In this document: piece by piece, positions 1 to 9,493 of the stretch
Position numbering within the stretch: the stretch's first letter is position 1
Layout: every line of letters starts with the position of its first letter
NCBI GenBank assembly: GCA_043719805.1
Contig: JAYSTI010000001.1
Coordinates: forward strand, 80,230 to 144,229
DNA from: Candidatus Lloydbacteria bacterium
GTDB taxonomy: Bacteria > Patescibacteriota > Minisyncoccia > Phycocordibacterales > UBA6899
Length of the DNA: 64,000 bases
Direction of reading: 5' to 3'
Program-made: the position numbers and the translations under genes
Notes under the pieces: model-generated
Seen by the model: only the letters and a program-made list of their open reading frames with translations
The model's database searches: none
Told to the model about the DNA's origin: nothing

Positions 1-119
1 CAAACCTCCTAATGAACAAACTGCACTCAATCCTACCAATATTCTTGTTCACGTAAAGTAGCGACAACGTATTAAAAAACACCGACTATCGCGGTGTTGC
101 ATGGTGCCGACAAAACGTC

Positions 120-401
120 CTAGTGATGTGTCCTCATATGCTCAAAGTAAAACTTCTCAAGCTCGGGAGCATGGCGCTTCCTACAAACACCCAGAACAAA
201 ATTCTCGAATGCCTTGCGTCCATGTATCATCGCTCCCGTGAGGATACTGTTTCCCTGCACACCCTTTATTTCTCGGTCGATTCGTGCAAGTATCTCGCGC
301 GCGGCATCACGCAACTCTACATCGCCTGCGCCACTCTGATATGCAGCCTTGAATGCGTCGATGAGCCCCCTTGTCTTCGTAGTCTCCCTCATGATGTCCA
401 T
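120..401 (-). CDS. Small hypothetical helical protein (paralog of 523..807)
   Basis: 93-aa ORF with SD (AGGAG), own promoter (TTTACA-16-TAGGAT) and downstream terminator hairpin at ~74-98. Confidence 0.7.
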   Translation of the reverse strand: MDIMRETTKTRGLIDAFKAAYQSGAGDVELRDAAREILARIDREIKGVQGNSILTGAMIHGRKAFENFVLGVCRKRHAPELEKFYFEHMRTHH

Positions 402-522
402 GAACTTCTCCTAATCGTGCGACACTATGTAAATCCTACCAATTACCGCGCAGGTGTAAAGGCGCATCGTCGCAAAAAACACCTCACAATCGTGCGGTGT
501 CTTCCATGAATCACGAATGCAA

Positions 523-807
523 TCACTTTTTCTTATTGTTGCGCGCTACTCTGCCGGCGACAAATGCGTCATATGCATCGAGCGCTTTTGAATGGCGACC
601 ATCGCGAATCTGCTTGATGATCTTTTCGAAGACCCGTTGCTCTACATCGATGACGCCTTTCCTCCTTGCGTCATTCCCTGCAAGTGCACGGTCCTTTTCG
701 AGGCGCTCGTATATCTCTGTGCCACGACTGCACAACTGTTCATCGCTCGCGCCGCCGATGTACATTCTTCGCATATCGATGATGAGCTCGACCGTGGATG
801 GTTCCAT
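523..807 (-). CDS. Small hypothetical helical protein (paralog of 120..401)
   Basis: 94-aa ORF with SD (GGAG), own promoter (TTTACA-16-TAACAT) and terminator at ~474-503; shares LI..(F/M)...Y..GA.D..L.....EI..R pattern with neighbour. Confidence 0.7.
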   Translation of the reverse strand: MEPSTVELIIDMRRMYIGGASDEQLCSRGTEIYERLEKDRALAGNDARRKGVIDVEQRVFEKIIKQIRDGRHSKALDAYDAFVAGRVARNNKKK

Positions 808-947
808 TACTTCTCCCCTCCTGCAATGTGCGGATACTCATTTCATGTTACCAATCCCACCATCAATGTAAAGGCGGCCGGTATGTGCTTTGTCGGCATA
901 CAAAAAACCACATTCACTTGAATGCGGTTGCGCTTTCGATGCTTGCC

Positions 948-1688
948 TTATCCGACAAGGGCTTTGTTGAGGCGATGCTGCCGCCACATGACAAAAAGAA
1001 AAACAAAACTCGGGATGATGTACCCTTCGAGCCTTGGACCACTCCCCCCAAAGACCGAATTGCCCCTGACGTCGCTTTGGAATTGCACGTACCCCGCGAT
1101 TCCAAAGGAGAGCGCGAAGAGTGAATTCCAGAGCCATGTGCGGAGCAGATATCGTTTCATCGCGGCAACAGGACGGCCGTAAAAGAATCTGCATAGGATG
1201 TTGTGCACGAGAACGTAAAGCAAGCCCCACGTCATCGCAACGAGACAGGCGCCAAGCATGGCTCCAAGTAAACCGAGTTTGCCCTGCGTGCCACCCGAGA
1301 CGTGTACGTCGGCGAGTGCGCCGTACAGAGCGGAGATAGGCCAGCGATATTCGTCTCCGGAGCCAAGTTGGGCGAAGATCGCACTTACGGTATTTCCACC
1401 GATGAACCATCCGAGGAAAACACTGCTTGCCATGAACGAAGCAAGTAGTGCGGCATAAAGCCCGAACGCCGGAAGCAGCTTGAGGAACGGTCCCGAAATT
1501 CGCAGTCGCCCGCCACTCGGCTTTCTCTGTGCGTCTTGTTCGCGCTGATAGGCAGCTGCGCCTTCTTGTGCGAGCCTGCCGACATCAACGCCATCGTATC
1601 GAGAGACCGCTTCGCGAACGTTGTCCGTTGCCGCAATCCACGCCTCGTCGGTCATTCGCGGAATCTTTTCAACATCGTTTCCAGACAT
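948..1688 (-). CDS. Hypothetical multi-pass membrane protein
   Basis: 246-aa ORF, SD GGGAG, about 4 hydrophobic segments. Confidence 0.7.
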   Translation of the reverse strand: MSGNDVEKIPRMTDEAWIAATDNVREAVSRYDGVDVGRLAQEGAAAYQREQDAQRKPSGGRLRISGPFLKLLPAFGLYAALLASFMASSVFLGWFIGGNTVSAIFAQLGSGDEYRWPISALYGALADVHVSGGTQGKLGLLGAMLGACLVAMTWGLLYVLVHNILCRFFYGRPVAAMKRYLLRTWLWNSLFALSFGIAGYVQFQSDVRGNSVFGGSGPRLEGYIIPSFVFLFVMWRQHRLNKALVG

Positions 1689-1741
1689 ATCAACTCCCAG
1701 TGAACACCTGAGTGCATACTACCCGTGAAAGTCTTTTCGTC

Positions 1742-1777
1742 AACAAAAAACCACGCGCATCGTGCGCATGGTTTTTT
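1742..1777. terminator. Bidirectional intrinsic terminator, near-duplicate of 4353..4387
   Basis: AAAAAACCACGCGCATCGTGCGCATGGTTTTTT hairpin with A/T tracts. Confidence 0.7.
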
Positions 1778-1812
1778 AGATATTCATATTTATAACGTTT
1801 CATTAATCTTGT

Positions 1813-4293
1813 CTAGAATCCCAAAAATCCGCCATATTGATTTGACGTAGACTTCATTTTCCCCGGACCGAGCGGGTTGTTGCCTTCGCTCACCTCTTCG
1901 CCGTCACTATAACTATCTCCGTCGGAATCCTTCTTGCTTGGATTCGTTCCAATATAGACCTCTATGGCATCAGCGAGTGTATCACCGTCCTTATCTACGG
2001 CAGACTGCTTCTTTGCCTCGAGAGACTTCTCGTCCTTGTTTGCCGTATTCACTCCATTCACGAGATGCAACACGAATTTCTTCTTGGACATTCCGTTCGT
2101 CTCCGAAGCCGAATAATCGTAGTCAGCACTGAAGATAGCATACGTGTTTATTCCGTCACGGTACGGAGGAAGATTCACGGAATACTGAAGTGTGTAATCT
2201 GTTCCTGCTCTCTGATAGCCAAATGTTTTCTGTGTGACTACGTCGAGCGGAAGACTCTTCAAAAGTGGCGTCAATCCAATCCGGGTCTCAAAGTCGCTAG
2301 CCCCGACACCTCGGTAGGCGGGCACTACAGATCCTTCTTGTCCTGCGGGCTTTTTGGGGATATCTTTGCGATTTTTCGTAAGATCGTCGAGAGATTCCGG
2401 ATACACACCCGCACTTTGCTCATAATCTCCAAGTGCATTGCGAACACTTTCCACGTTGGACACTTGTCGCTCAAGTTGCAGTTCTTCCCTTGTTTTTCCT
2501 GAAAGCTCCATCATAAGCCCATCAAATGATATTGCGCCCTCGGGGGCTACCACCTTTACGGGAACGTTGATGTTTTTGAGTGACGCAGTGAGCGTGAGTT
2601 CAAATTGCTTTCCTTTCATGTTGATCACTTCATCACTCGGAATAACGCGCATGCGATACGCAATTTTCACGGGAAATCCCGCTTCGTCAGTCCAAACGGA
2701 AAATGTATTATTCTCTGCAAGGTAGTCAAACGATGTAGCAAATTCCTCACTCTCCAAATAGTCCACTAGGGACTGCTCAAATTTGAATATCCCACTTGAT
2801 GCAGTCGAAGTAGACGCCTCAAGGAATTTGATGACTTTTTTGTAGAAAGGCGCAATCATTTTTCGGTCGATCATCAAGTGGTGAAGCTCCTGCGGTTTGG
2901 TATCGACCACAACCTTCTCTGTCGGGGCGCTTTCGATAAGCACTTTCTCTTCGTCCGCTATTTGCAAAATGACATTCATCCCCTCAAAGAGTTTCCTTTT
3001 TGCTTCTTCCTGTTTGCTTTTTTCGCTCGGTAGATAGTCCGCCATATTCTCGAGATATCCGCTCTCACGCAAGTCCGCTTCGGTGATTCTTATCCACTTC
3101 CCCTTGATCTTCCCTACTGCTCCGAAAAGTTCAGGGCTTTTGTTGAGGCGGCCAAAATATGCTTCGGCCTTCTTGAGCATTTCCGCATCAAAGCTCATGC
3201 TCGCATCACCCATAGAGCCGCTTGCTTCAATTTTGAATTGCCCGTCGGGAAGCGCATCCTCCTCCTGACGAGTAAACGTGCCAAAAAGTGCAAGGTGACC
3301 CGAAAGTTCGGTGGGCATATACTGCATCATACTTTCATAGTCCGCCATCCCAAAAAGTGACGGTGCTTTGGGTTTGCCCTTAAAACTATATGCTGAAAAA
3401 TAGGTAAGTTCACTCTCTGTAAAACTCACGGTGAACTTCTTGTCTCCATTTTTCTCGGAGCGTGATGCAACTTCATATGCCTCACGTGTTTCAAAGGTGA
3501 CCGAGAGAGTGAAGTCTTTTTTGTCCGGACTCCGTACGTACACATAAGGATCGCCTTGAGGGTCCTTCGCTGGGACATTGGGGAGTGACGCGAGATTATC
3601 GGGATACTCAAAGGGCGCAACCGGCTTTGGTACAAATTTTTTCAGCTTCTGGTCGTAAACATTGCCTCCGTACAAGTCATTCTTGGGCATGGCGTTTTTT
3701 ATCTTCTCGATATCGCGAAAGCGGTCTTGGTCGCGTTGGTATGGAAGAAGTGCGCTCGGGTCGAGGTTTTGATTTCCAAACGGCATGGCGCCAGCCTCAC
3801 GCGGCCTTACTGCGACGTCTCCCGCAAGCTCATAGGACGCTGAACGCACGTCACCGAGACGAAGGAATATTCCCGAAAGCAAACTCTTTTGGGAGATATC
3901 CGTAAGTGGCTTGCCTCCAAAAGAGAGCCAGCCCTGCATATATGCAAAAACGCTGCCTCCCCCCACAAGAAGAACAAGGACCATGACCCCTGCAACGACA
4001 AACCATTTTCGTGAGGAGGCGGCTGTGGTGCTCGGAAAAACATTGGGGGTCGGGGACGGCGTGGAAGAAGAAGCGAGAGCGGCGGCCGGGGCCACGGTTT
4101 GCACAATCGTCTCAACAATCGGTGGGGGCACGACAACCGGCGTTGCGGAAGCACCATACTCCAGCATAGCAGACGCTATCTGTTCGTCAGACCACCCCGA
4201 CGAGCGTAACGTTCCGGACAGTTGATCGACGGGGAGACCCGGATAATTCTGTCGCAAATTTTCAATATACCGCGCCTGTTCTTCGTTGAGCAT
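1813..4293 (-). CDS. Large membrane-anchored surface protein with two pilin/GspG-head-like segments and C-terminal Ca-binding DxDGD repeats
   Basis: 826 aa; TM helix near aa 97-118; RDQDRFRDI...YPDNL...KDPQGDPYVY and VRNALGDY...YPESLDDL segments; DKDGDTLADAIE / DSDGDSYSDGEE motifs. Confidence 0.75.
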   Translation of the reverse strand: MLNEEQARYIENLRQNYPGLPVDQLSGTLRSSGWSDEQIASAMLEYGASATPVVVPPPIVETIVQTVAPAAALASSSTPSPTPNVFPSTTAASSRKWFVVAGVMVLVLLVGGGSVFAYMQGWLSFGGKPLTDISQKSLLSGIFLRLGDVRSASYELAGDVAVRPREAGAMPFGNQNLDPSALLPYQRDQDRFRDIEKIKNAMPKNDLYGGNVYDQKLKKFVPKPVAPFEYPDNLASLPNVPAKDPQGDPYVYVRSPDKKDFTLSVTFETREAYEVASRSEKNGDKKFTVSFTESELTYFSAYSFKGKPKAPSLFGMADYESMMQYMPTELSGHLALFGTFTRQEEDALPDGQFKIEASGSMGDASMSFDAEMLKKAEAYFGRLNKSPELFGAVGKIKGKWIRITEADLRESGYLENMADYLPSEKSKQEEAKRKLFEGMNVILQIADEEKVLIESAPTEKVVVDTKPQELHHLMIDRKMIAPFYKKVIKFLEASTSTASSGIFKFEQSLVDYLESEEFATSFDYLAENNTFSVWTDEAGFPVKIAYRMRVIPSDEVINMKGKQFELTLTASLKNINVPVKVVAPEGAISFDGLMMELSGKTREELQLERQVSNVESVRNALGDYEQSAGVYPESLDDLTKNRKDIPKKPAGQEGSVVPAYRGVGASDFETRIGLTPLLKSLPLDVVTQKTFGYQRAGTDYTLQYSVNLPPYRDGINTYAIFSADYDYSASETNGMSKKKFVLHLVNGVNTANKDEKSLEAKKQSAVDKDGDTLADAIEVYIGTNPSKKDSDGDSYSDGEEVSEGNNPLGPGKMKSTSNQYGGFLGF

Positions 4294-4352
4294 ATAAAGT
4301 AGGGAGTAATAATATCTTTAGTATATCAAATAGGCCCATTCTGTCCCAGAGA

Positions 4353-4387
4353 AACAAAAACCACGCGCTTCATGCGCGTGGTTTTTT
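4353..4387. terminator. Intrinsic terminator downstream of khpA
   Basis: AAAAACCACGCGCTTCATGCGCGTGGTTTTTT hairpin. Confidence 0.75.
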
Positions 4388-4447
4388 GTTGAAATTCAAA
4401 ACTTTCATAATTTGGATGCACATCGCAGTGCGCCAAATTGAAGAGTT

Positions 4448-4807
4448 TTATAGCTTGAGATCGGCGATGACATCGTCAACATCCTGATGAAGCACTCCTC
4501 CTGCCATACTGACGCCCAATCCCTCACCTGCGGCACTTGGTGCGCGCTTGCCACCTTCAGGCTCGTTGATCTTCAGGTTGACGCGTGCGTTATTCTTCAT
4601 TCCGACAACGCGGAGCAATGTGCGAATAGCCTTTGCGGTATTGCCCATGCGGCCGATTACTTTTCCCATGTCCTCAGGGTCGATATCAAGTGTAAGAAGT
4701 ACTCCCATGTCGTCGGTGCGACGATCGACGACGACCTTCTCAGGTTTGTCGACGAGGGACTTTACGAGAAACTCAAGAAATTCTTTGTCGCTGTATGTTT
4801 CAGCCAT
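4448..4807 (-). CDS. khpA: KH-domain RNA-binding protein KhpA
   Basis: LVKSLVDKPEKV...DMGKVIGRMGNTAKAIRTLL signature; near rpsP. Confidence 0.92.
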   Translation of the reverse strand: MAETYSDKEFLEFLVKSLVDKPEKVVVDRRTDDMGVLLTLDIDPEDMGKVIGRMGNTAKAIRTLLRVVGMKNNARVNLKINEPEGGKRAPSAAGEGLGVSMAGGVLHQDVDDVIADLKL

Positions 4808-4830
4808 AACGTTAATCTTACATCAATAAA

Positions 4831-4955
4831 GTTGGATTTCAGAAATGGAAGAAATTCAAGGCGTGGGGAGGGCGACGAGGAAGGCATATTCAAATATGTC
4901 GACCGAGTTGCCGGGGTCCCACAACGAGGAAGTTCACCATTTATGGAAGTCCAAC
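4831..4955 (+). repeat. Palindromic element family 1, copy A (in putative khpA 5' UTR)
   Basis: Terminal IR GTTGGATTTC/GAAGTCCAAC; arms GAAATTCAAGGCGT / CAACGAGGAAGTTCACC; apical GGCATA-TTCAAA-TATGTC. Confidence 0.85.
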
Positions 4956-5074
4956 GAAAGAATCGCGAGAGAGGTGGACTAAACCCATCTGCTTACACTC
5001 TACTATAAAGCAACCATATTATTCGTCAATTCACAGGACAATAAAAAACCACCCAAGGGGGCGGCTCGCAATAA

Positions 5075-5485
5075 TCAGGAATTGTCCGACACGCTTGCGC
5101 GAAGAATGTACGACCCCACAACACGTCCGTCTGCAGACACGTCGGCAAGGAGACACAGCATGAAACCCGCGGAAAGAGTTTCGTTGATGAGATTCGCCTC
5201 CCGTACGTTTGTGCCAAGTTCGTGCACAATCAGGCCGTGGAGCTCGCTCATGCCCAATCCGCCGTCTTCGAGTGCAAGCTGCATCATCTCCTCACGACTC
5301 CACTCGGCCGAACAGTAGACGCGGGCAAGGAAGCCGACTGATGCATCAGCATAGACCGGTTCGATCACAACGCTACTTCCAGAGAGGAGCTTCCTCTTCA
5401 CGAAAAGCAGCTGCGGACTCGACTCGGTAAACAAGAATGGCTCCCACAATTCGGGGACCGGCGATTCTCTCAGATTCATGTCCAT
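5075..5485 (-). CDS. Hypothetical protein
   Basis: 136-aa ORF with SD GGAGG. Confidence 0.6.
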   Translation of the reverse strand: MDMNLRESPVPELWEPFLFTESSPQLLFVKRKLLSGSSVVIEPVYADASVGFLARVYCSAEWSREEMMQLALEDGGLGMSELHGLIVHELGTNVREANLINETLSAGFMLCLLADVSADGRVVGSYILRASVSDNS

Positions 5486-5575
5486 AACATCCTCCGCTGT
5501 TTCAATTACTCTGTCTTTACGTTACAGGATGAGCGCAAAACGTCAAACATATTGCTGGATGCCAAAGCAGGAAAC

Positions 5576-7924
5576 TCAATATGGGGACGAGTCAAGGTCT
5601 TTGACGTCAAACGGCTTGGGTATCACGGTCCCGGCCCCCACAATTTCTTTTCCACGAAAATACGTCTTTGCGTAAACAGGTTTTTCAAAGTCACGATATT
5701 TTATTTGAAATGAAAGCTTTCCATCGGCTTTTCTCTGAAGGGAAAGTATTTCTATATTGGTGTCGTTGTCCGGCGCAGTCACTTCGCCGGTGACATTTCC
5801 GGATAGCTTTTCTGCGATACCGCCTTCGATGCCTGTTGAGCAAGACTCGAAATAGATTGGTGCACCGTCTTCAAGAATGAGTGACGACCTATCCGGCCCG
5901 ACGCCCAAAAATTCCGCGTCGATCTTTCCTTCTGCACCCTCTCCCATTCTAGTAGAATCTTTTTCCCCATGACCACGCACACCAATGAAACTCATTTTTC
6001 TTCCGTTTGTCTCAACGATGTAAAGTAGTCGTTGCGCTGCCTCAATCTGACTTCCCGCCTCAGCAACGCGGAGTTTGATTCCTTGCGCCTTTGCCTCTCG
6101 ATGAAGCTCGTCAATTTTTTCGGTCCCGTTGAATACACCGTTTGTGTCATCGAGTGCCGATATTGCCGTACCGTACTCATCTGCGGCCTCCTTGTTTGTC
6201 GCAAGTTGGTCGAGCAATATTTCTTTGCTGTAACGCCCCGGATGATAAATGCCGTACTTGCCGGTGAGCCTCTCCATGCTACCGGGGTGCCCAGTTTCAA
6301 GGTCAACAATCCTTCGTGTATTCTGTGACATCACCCCGTTGCGCGTACCCTGCCAATCCGGCCTCTTCCATAGCTCAAGATAGCGCTCCGGCGGCAGACC
6401 ATACGACTGGAGCAATGCAGTCGAGACAGTTTCTCCACCCTTCCCCATGGCAAGATAAGTCGGGTCTTCGTATATTTTTTTGTCTAACCCATTCTTACCC
6501 TTCTCCTTATCGTTAAACACCGTTGAGAGTAGCCGCAGATCAAAATTCCCTTCGCGAATTTTCTTTACAAGCAGATCTGTCCCCTCCTTGTGCCCCGATT
6601 GCGCCAAGAATGCGAGAAGCTGGACCTGCTCGAACGAATGCATGTCGTTCCGTGCAAAATTTTGTTGGAGCAGTGGACTGAGACCGGCAAAGACTTCGTT
6701 GGCGATGGAAGGAACCGATGCAAGAAATTTTGCGTCGCCATGTTCATCTGCGAGCAACATGGAGTTGTCGACATGCTCATTATAGAGAGACGCCATGTCC
6801 ATGACTGCCCTCGAATTTCTTGACGCAGATGTGCCGATCACCCCCGCTTGCATATCCGTGTGCATTTCTTCAATTGTGTGATGTGCAATAGTGATGGCTT
6901 TTTTCGCATTTTCAACAAATGCATTTAGCGCATCGGAATTCGTACGCACCAACTCTCCCATCTCCTCACTAAAATCAAAGTTCCGAATTGCATTCAATGC
7001 ATTCATTGATTCGAGAAACTGAGGATCATCCATAATCTGCTTACGCAGTTCTTTGGGATATGTGCCGAGCATCGCTTGTATATCAGCAAATGCTTTGTCG
7101 AGAACCGCACTTTCCACTGCAACCGGAACCTTCTTCGAATTATCGTCACGAGGAGCATAAAATGCGCGATAATCTTTGAGTGTAGCAATAGACTGGCTCG
7201 AGCGATGCTCTTCATGCCAACTCTTCCGAATAACCTCACGTGCCTCGTGTTCTTCGTCCGACTTGCGCGCCTCAGGAGTTTCAATGACATCTTCAACAAT
7301 CATGAACCCCGAAATATCATCGGGTCTTACCTCTTCGCGCGGCGCCGATGTTGCAACAGGTTCATTTTCACGCATGGTTTCCGCAACCGCTTCAGGGGTG
7401 ACGCGCTCTTCCGTCACAAAGGTTGGAGTAGTCTTCACCTCGAGTATTGGTGCCGGAGAGACCATTTCTGCTACCACCTCATCTTGTGTCTTCACTTCGG
7501 GGGCCTCTGCATTCGGAATGTTCCCCGCAACGCCGATAATCGCCGCCGCGGCAACAACATTCACGTCACGCCTCATGCTTCCGCTCGCGCGCGAAAGCAC
7601 TTCGGTAATCCTGTTTTTTGCCTCAGTCGCAATTTCGGATATTTGTCTTCCCACATCACGAACCCTCTCCACAAATCCCATGTCCCCCTCCACGCGAGCG
7701 ACCTCCGCCTCCGTTACGCCAAGAGCTTCCGGAATCGAATCGTGTAGCTTCTCTGCCTCGGCCTCGATAGTCACCACCTGCCCCTCGATTGCAGCGACGG
7801 CAGAGAGAGCGGCCGTTTCCGGGTCTTCCGCTCCGACCTCTCTTCTCTCATCCTCTGCCGTCTCGGGCGACAATACTTCCGATGAGGGGATTATTTCTTC
7901 AGTTTCGTTATGTTTTGGTGGCAT
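5576..7924 (-). CDS. Large acidic protein with C-terminal caspase/CHAT-like (clan CD) peptidase-like domain
   Basis: ~780 aa; C-terminal FIGVRGHG ... IYFESCSTG motifs resemble a His-Gly / Ser-Cys dyad; start chosen at MPPK. Confidence 0.65.
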   Translation of the reverse strand: MPPKHNETEEIIPSSEVLSPETAEDERREVGAEDPETAALSAVAAIEGQVVTIEAEAEKLHDSIPEALGVTEAEVARVEGDMGFVERVRDVGRQISEIATEAKNRITEVLSRASGSMRRDVNVVAAAAIIGVAGNIPNAEAPEVKTQDEVVAEMVSPAPILEVKTTPTFVTEERVTPEAVAETMRENEPVATSAPREEVRPDDISGFMIVEDVIETPEARKSDEEHEAREVIRKSWHEEHRSSQSIATLKDYRAFYAPRDDNSKKVPVAVESAVLDKAFADIQAMLGTYPKELRKQIMDDPQFLESMNALNAIRNFDFSEEMGELVRTNSDALNAFVENAKKAITIAHHTIEEMHTDMQAGVIGTSASRNSRAVMDMASLYNEHVDNSMLLADEHGDAKFLASVPSIANEVFAGLSPLLQQNFARNDMHSFEQVQLLAFLAQSGHKEGTDLLVKKIREGNFDLRLLSTVFNDKEKGKNGLDKKIYEDPTYLAMGKGGETVSTALLQSYGLPPERYLELWKRPDWQGTRNGVMSQNTRRIVDLETGHPGSMERLTGKYGIYHPGRYSKEILLDQLATNKEAADEYGTAISALDDTNGVFNGTEKIDELHREAKAQGIKLRVAEAGSQIEAAQRLLYIVETNGRKMSFIGVRGHGEKDSTRMGEGAEGKIDAEFLGVGPDRSSLILEDGAPIYFESCSTGIEGGIAEKLSGNVTGEVTAPDNDTNIEILSLQRKADGKLSFQIKYRDFEKPVYAKTYFRGKEIVGAGTVIPKPFDVKDLDSSPY

Positions 7925-8090
7925 GTATTTGTTGTGCAATATTTGCAATGCGTAATTCCGTCAAATGCGCGCGATATTCGTCAAATATTTTATTTTGTTC
8001 TTCATGGAGTGCCTCGATGCGCGAACGTGCATCGCGAAGTATGCGCTCAATCTCACCGAGTGTCTCTTCCGATGAAAGTGATGCGGACAT
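7908..8090 (-). CDS. Small coiled-coil hypothetical protein
   Basis: MSASLSSEETLGEIERILRDARSRIEALHEEQNKIFDEY...; GGAG before ATG; overlaps start of next gene. Confidence 0.55.
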   Translation of the reverse strand: MSASLSSEETLGEIERILRDARSRIEALHEEQNKIFDEYRAHLTELRIANIAQQIHATKT

Positions 8091-8175
8091 TACTCCCATG
8101 GTACAAAAATGCACTCTCTGTTGCAAACAAAAAACGAGCGGTGTTGCTCGTTTTTTTTGTTTATTGTTTTTAGGT

Positions 8176-8577
8176 CTACGCGGCAGGAGTCTCTGTTGCA
8201 ACAGCGGGCTCTTCGGCCTTTGCCTCTGCAGCCGGGGCTTCAACTTTTGCGACTACGGGAGCCGCCTTCTTTGGCTCCTCCTTTGGAACCTCTTTCACGA
8301 CGGGTGTCTTCGAGTTAAGGGCGTTGACCTTCTTTCCCGGAATAATCTTCGCATCAACCAAGAGGTTGTGTACGGTGTCGGATGGCTGTGCGCCCTGACC
8401 GATCCAGTACTTCACACGCTCTCCGTCAATCTGAGGAGTTCCCTTTCGTGCATCATAAAATCCGACAAATTCTGCCACACCCCTGGTCTTCTTTGGAGAA
8501 CGACGATGATCCTGCACGATGATGCGGAATGATGGGTCGTTTTTGCGTCCAACGCGCTTAAGTCGTATAGCTAACAT
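8176..8577 (-). CDS. rpsP: 30S ribosomal protein S16
   Basis: MLAIRLKRVGRKNDPSFRIIV...GFYD...YWIGQGAQPSDTV; true start 8577 (the longer ORF runs into a repeat). Confidence 0.96.
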   Translation of the reverse strand: MLAIRLKRVGRKNDPSFRIIVQDHRRSPKKTRGVAEFVGFYDARKGTPQIDGERVKYWIGQGAQPSDTVHNLLVDAKIIPGKKVNALNSKTPVVKEVPKEEPKKAAPVVAKVEAPAAEAKAEEPAVATETPAA

Positions 8578-8620
8578 GGAGAGGATACTAGCAGAGAGCG
8601 TTCCGTGAGTCAAATAACGG

Positions 8621-8850
8621 GACTTCCAGAAATAGCGAACTTCTTTGTTGTAGAGCTCTGCGACTCGGTCACCACATAAGAATGTGCCTTCCACCACCGG
8701 GAGTACTTCCATTTTCCTAAATGGGATGCCGCAAAGGAAAATTGGTCGCTCGTCGCCTTCTCCACGTCTCGAATTTGACCTAAAATCTCTTTGAGTCTCC
8801 GAAAACTGAGATTTGGAAATGCCCTTGTGGTGCATCCATTTCAGAAAGTC
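8621..8850 (-). repeat. Palindromic element family 1, copy B, interrupted by two ~56-nt family-2 inserts (8692..8748 and 8777..8832)
   Basis: Terminal IR GACTTCCAGAAAT/ATTTCAGAAAGTC; colinear with copy A once the two inserts are removed. Confidence 0.85.
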
Positions 8851-8943
8851 TTTAGTGAAATAAACATATTTTGACTTCGGTTGACGACTGCCAAATTATG
8901 ATTTAGGATGTTTCCTAGCTAGTTACCACGAAAGGGTACTTTC

Positions 8944-9195
8944 ATGCGCATCGCTTTTCAGGTCAATGTTCCTTGCTTTACGCCAACGGGAAATGGGGAC
9001 GAAAAAGAGACAAAGAGCTACTTTTTAATCATCCCTGCAAAACTCACGTGCATGGACGACGAGGATGATTCCAAGGAATTCGCCGAATGCGCAGCGGGAG
9101 CGGTAGCGATGGCCCGCAGAAATGCGCAAGCAGAAACCGGCAATCGTACGCGCATCGGAGCCCCATCCGTGGCTCATTTCCAGATCATCAGCTGA
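8944..9195 (+). CDS. Hypothetical protein
   Basis: 83-aa ORF with upstream TTGACG...TAGGAT promoter and downstream terminator GCAGCCGAAAAGGCTGCTGTTTTT. Confidence 0.6.
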   Translation: MRIAFQVNVPCFTPTGNGDEKETKSYFLIIPAKLTCMDDEDDSKEFAECAAGAVAMARRNAQAETGNRTRIGAPSVAHFQIIS

Positions 9196-9314
9196 CATCG
9201 GTCAATTGAAACGCAGCAGCCGAAAAGGCTGCTGTTTTTTTGTGCGACCTTGACTTCTTGTGAATTTGTGATACACTGCGGACAGGCAGATTCGCCCTTA
9301 CTGGAGTTCTTCAA

Positions 9315-9479
9315 ATGAACATTTTTGCATACTTCCTCTTCGTCGTCGGTTGCCTGTCGCTCCTGATCATGCTCGTCACGTGGCTCCACAACCCGACAAG
9401 CAAGGACATGTACCGGAGCACGGCGATGATGCCGCAAGCGTTCTTCATCGCCGCGGCCGTCGCAAAGTACCTCGCCTAG
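9315..9479 (+). CDS. Small membrane protein (54 aa, below ORF-track cutoff)
   Basis: SD GGAG; MNIFAYFLFVVGCLSLLIMLVTWLHNP...; upstream TTGACT...TACACT promoter. Confidence 0.55.
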   Translation: MNIFAYFLFVVGCLSLLIMLVTWLHNPTSKDMYRSTAMMPQAFFIAAAVAKYLA

Positions 9480-9493
9480 CTGAAGGAGTGCAC

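Noticed and set aside
1-871. Integron cassette array with attC sites
   Set aside because: The units carry their own promoters and simple terminators; no RYYYAAC...GTTRRRY attC structure and no integrase was seen.
8578-8835. 85-aa N-terminal extension of S16 in the ORF track
   Set aside because: It is read-through of repeat copy B (the same SRRGEGDE and NKEVRY peptides appear in ORFs over copies A and H); a -10 box sits right before the canonical ATG.
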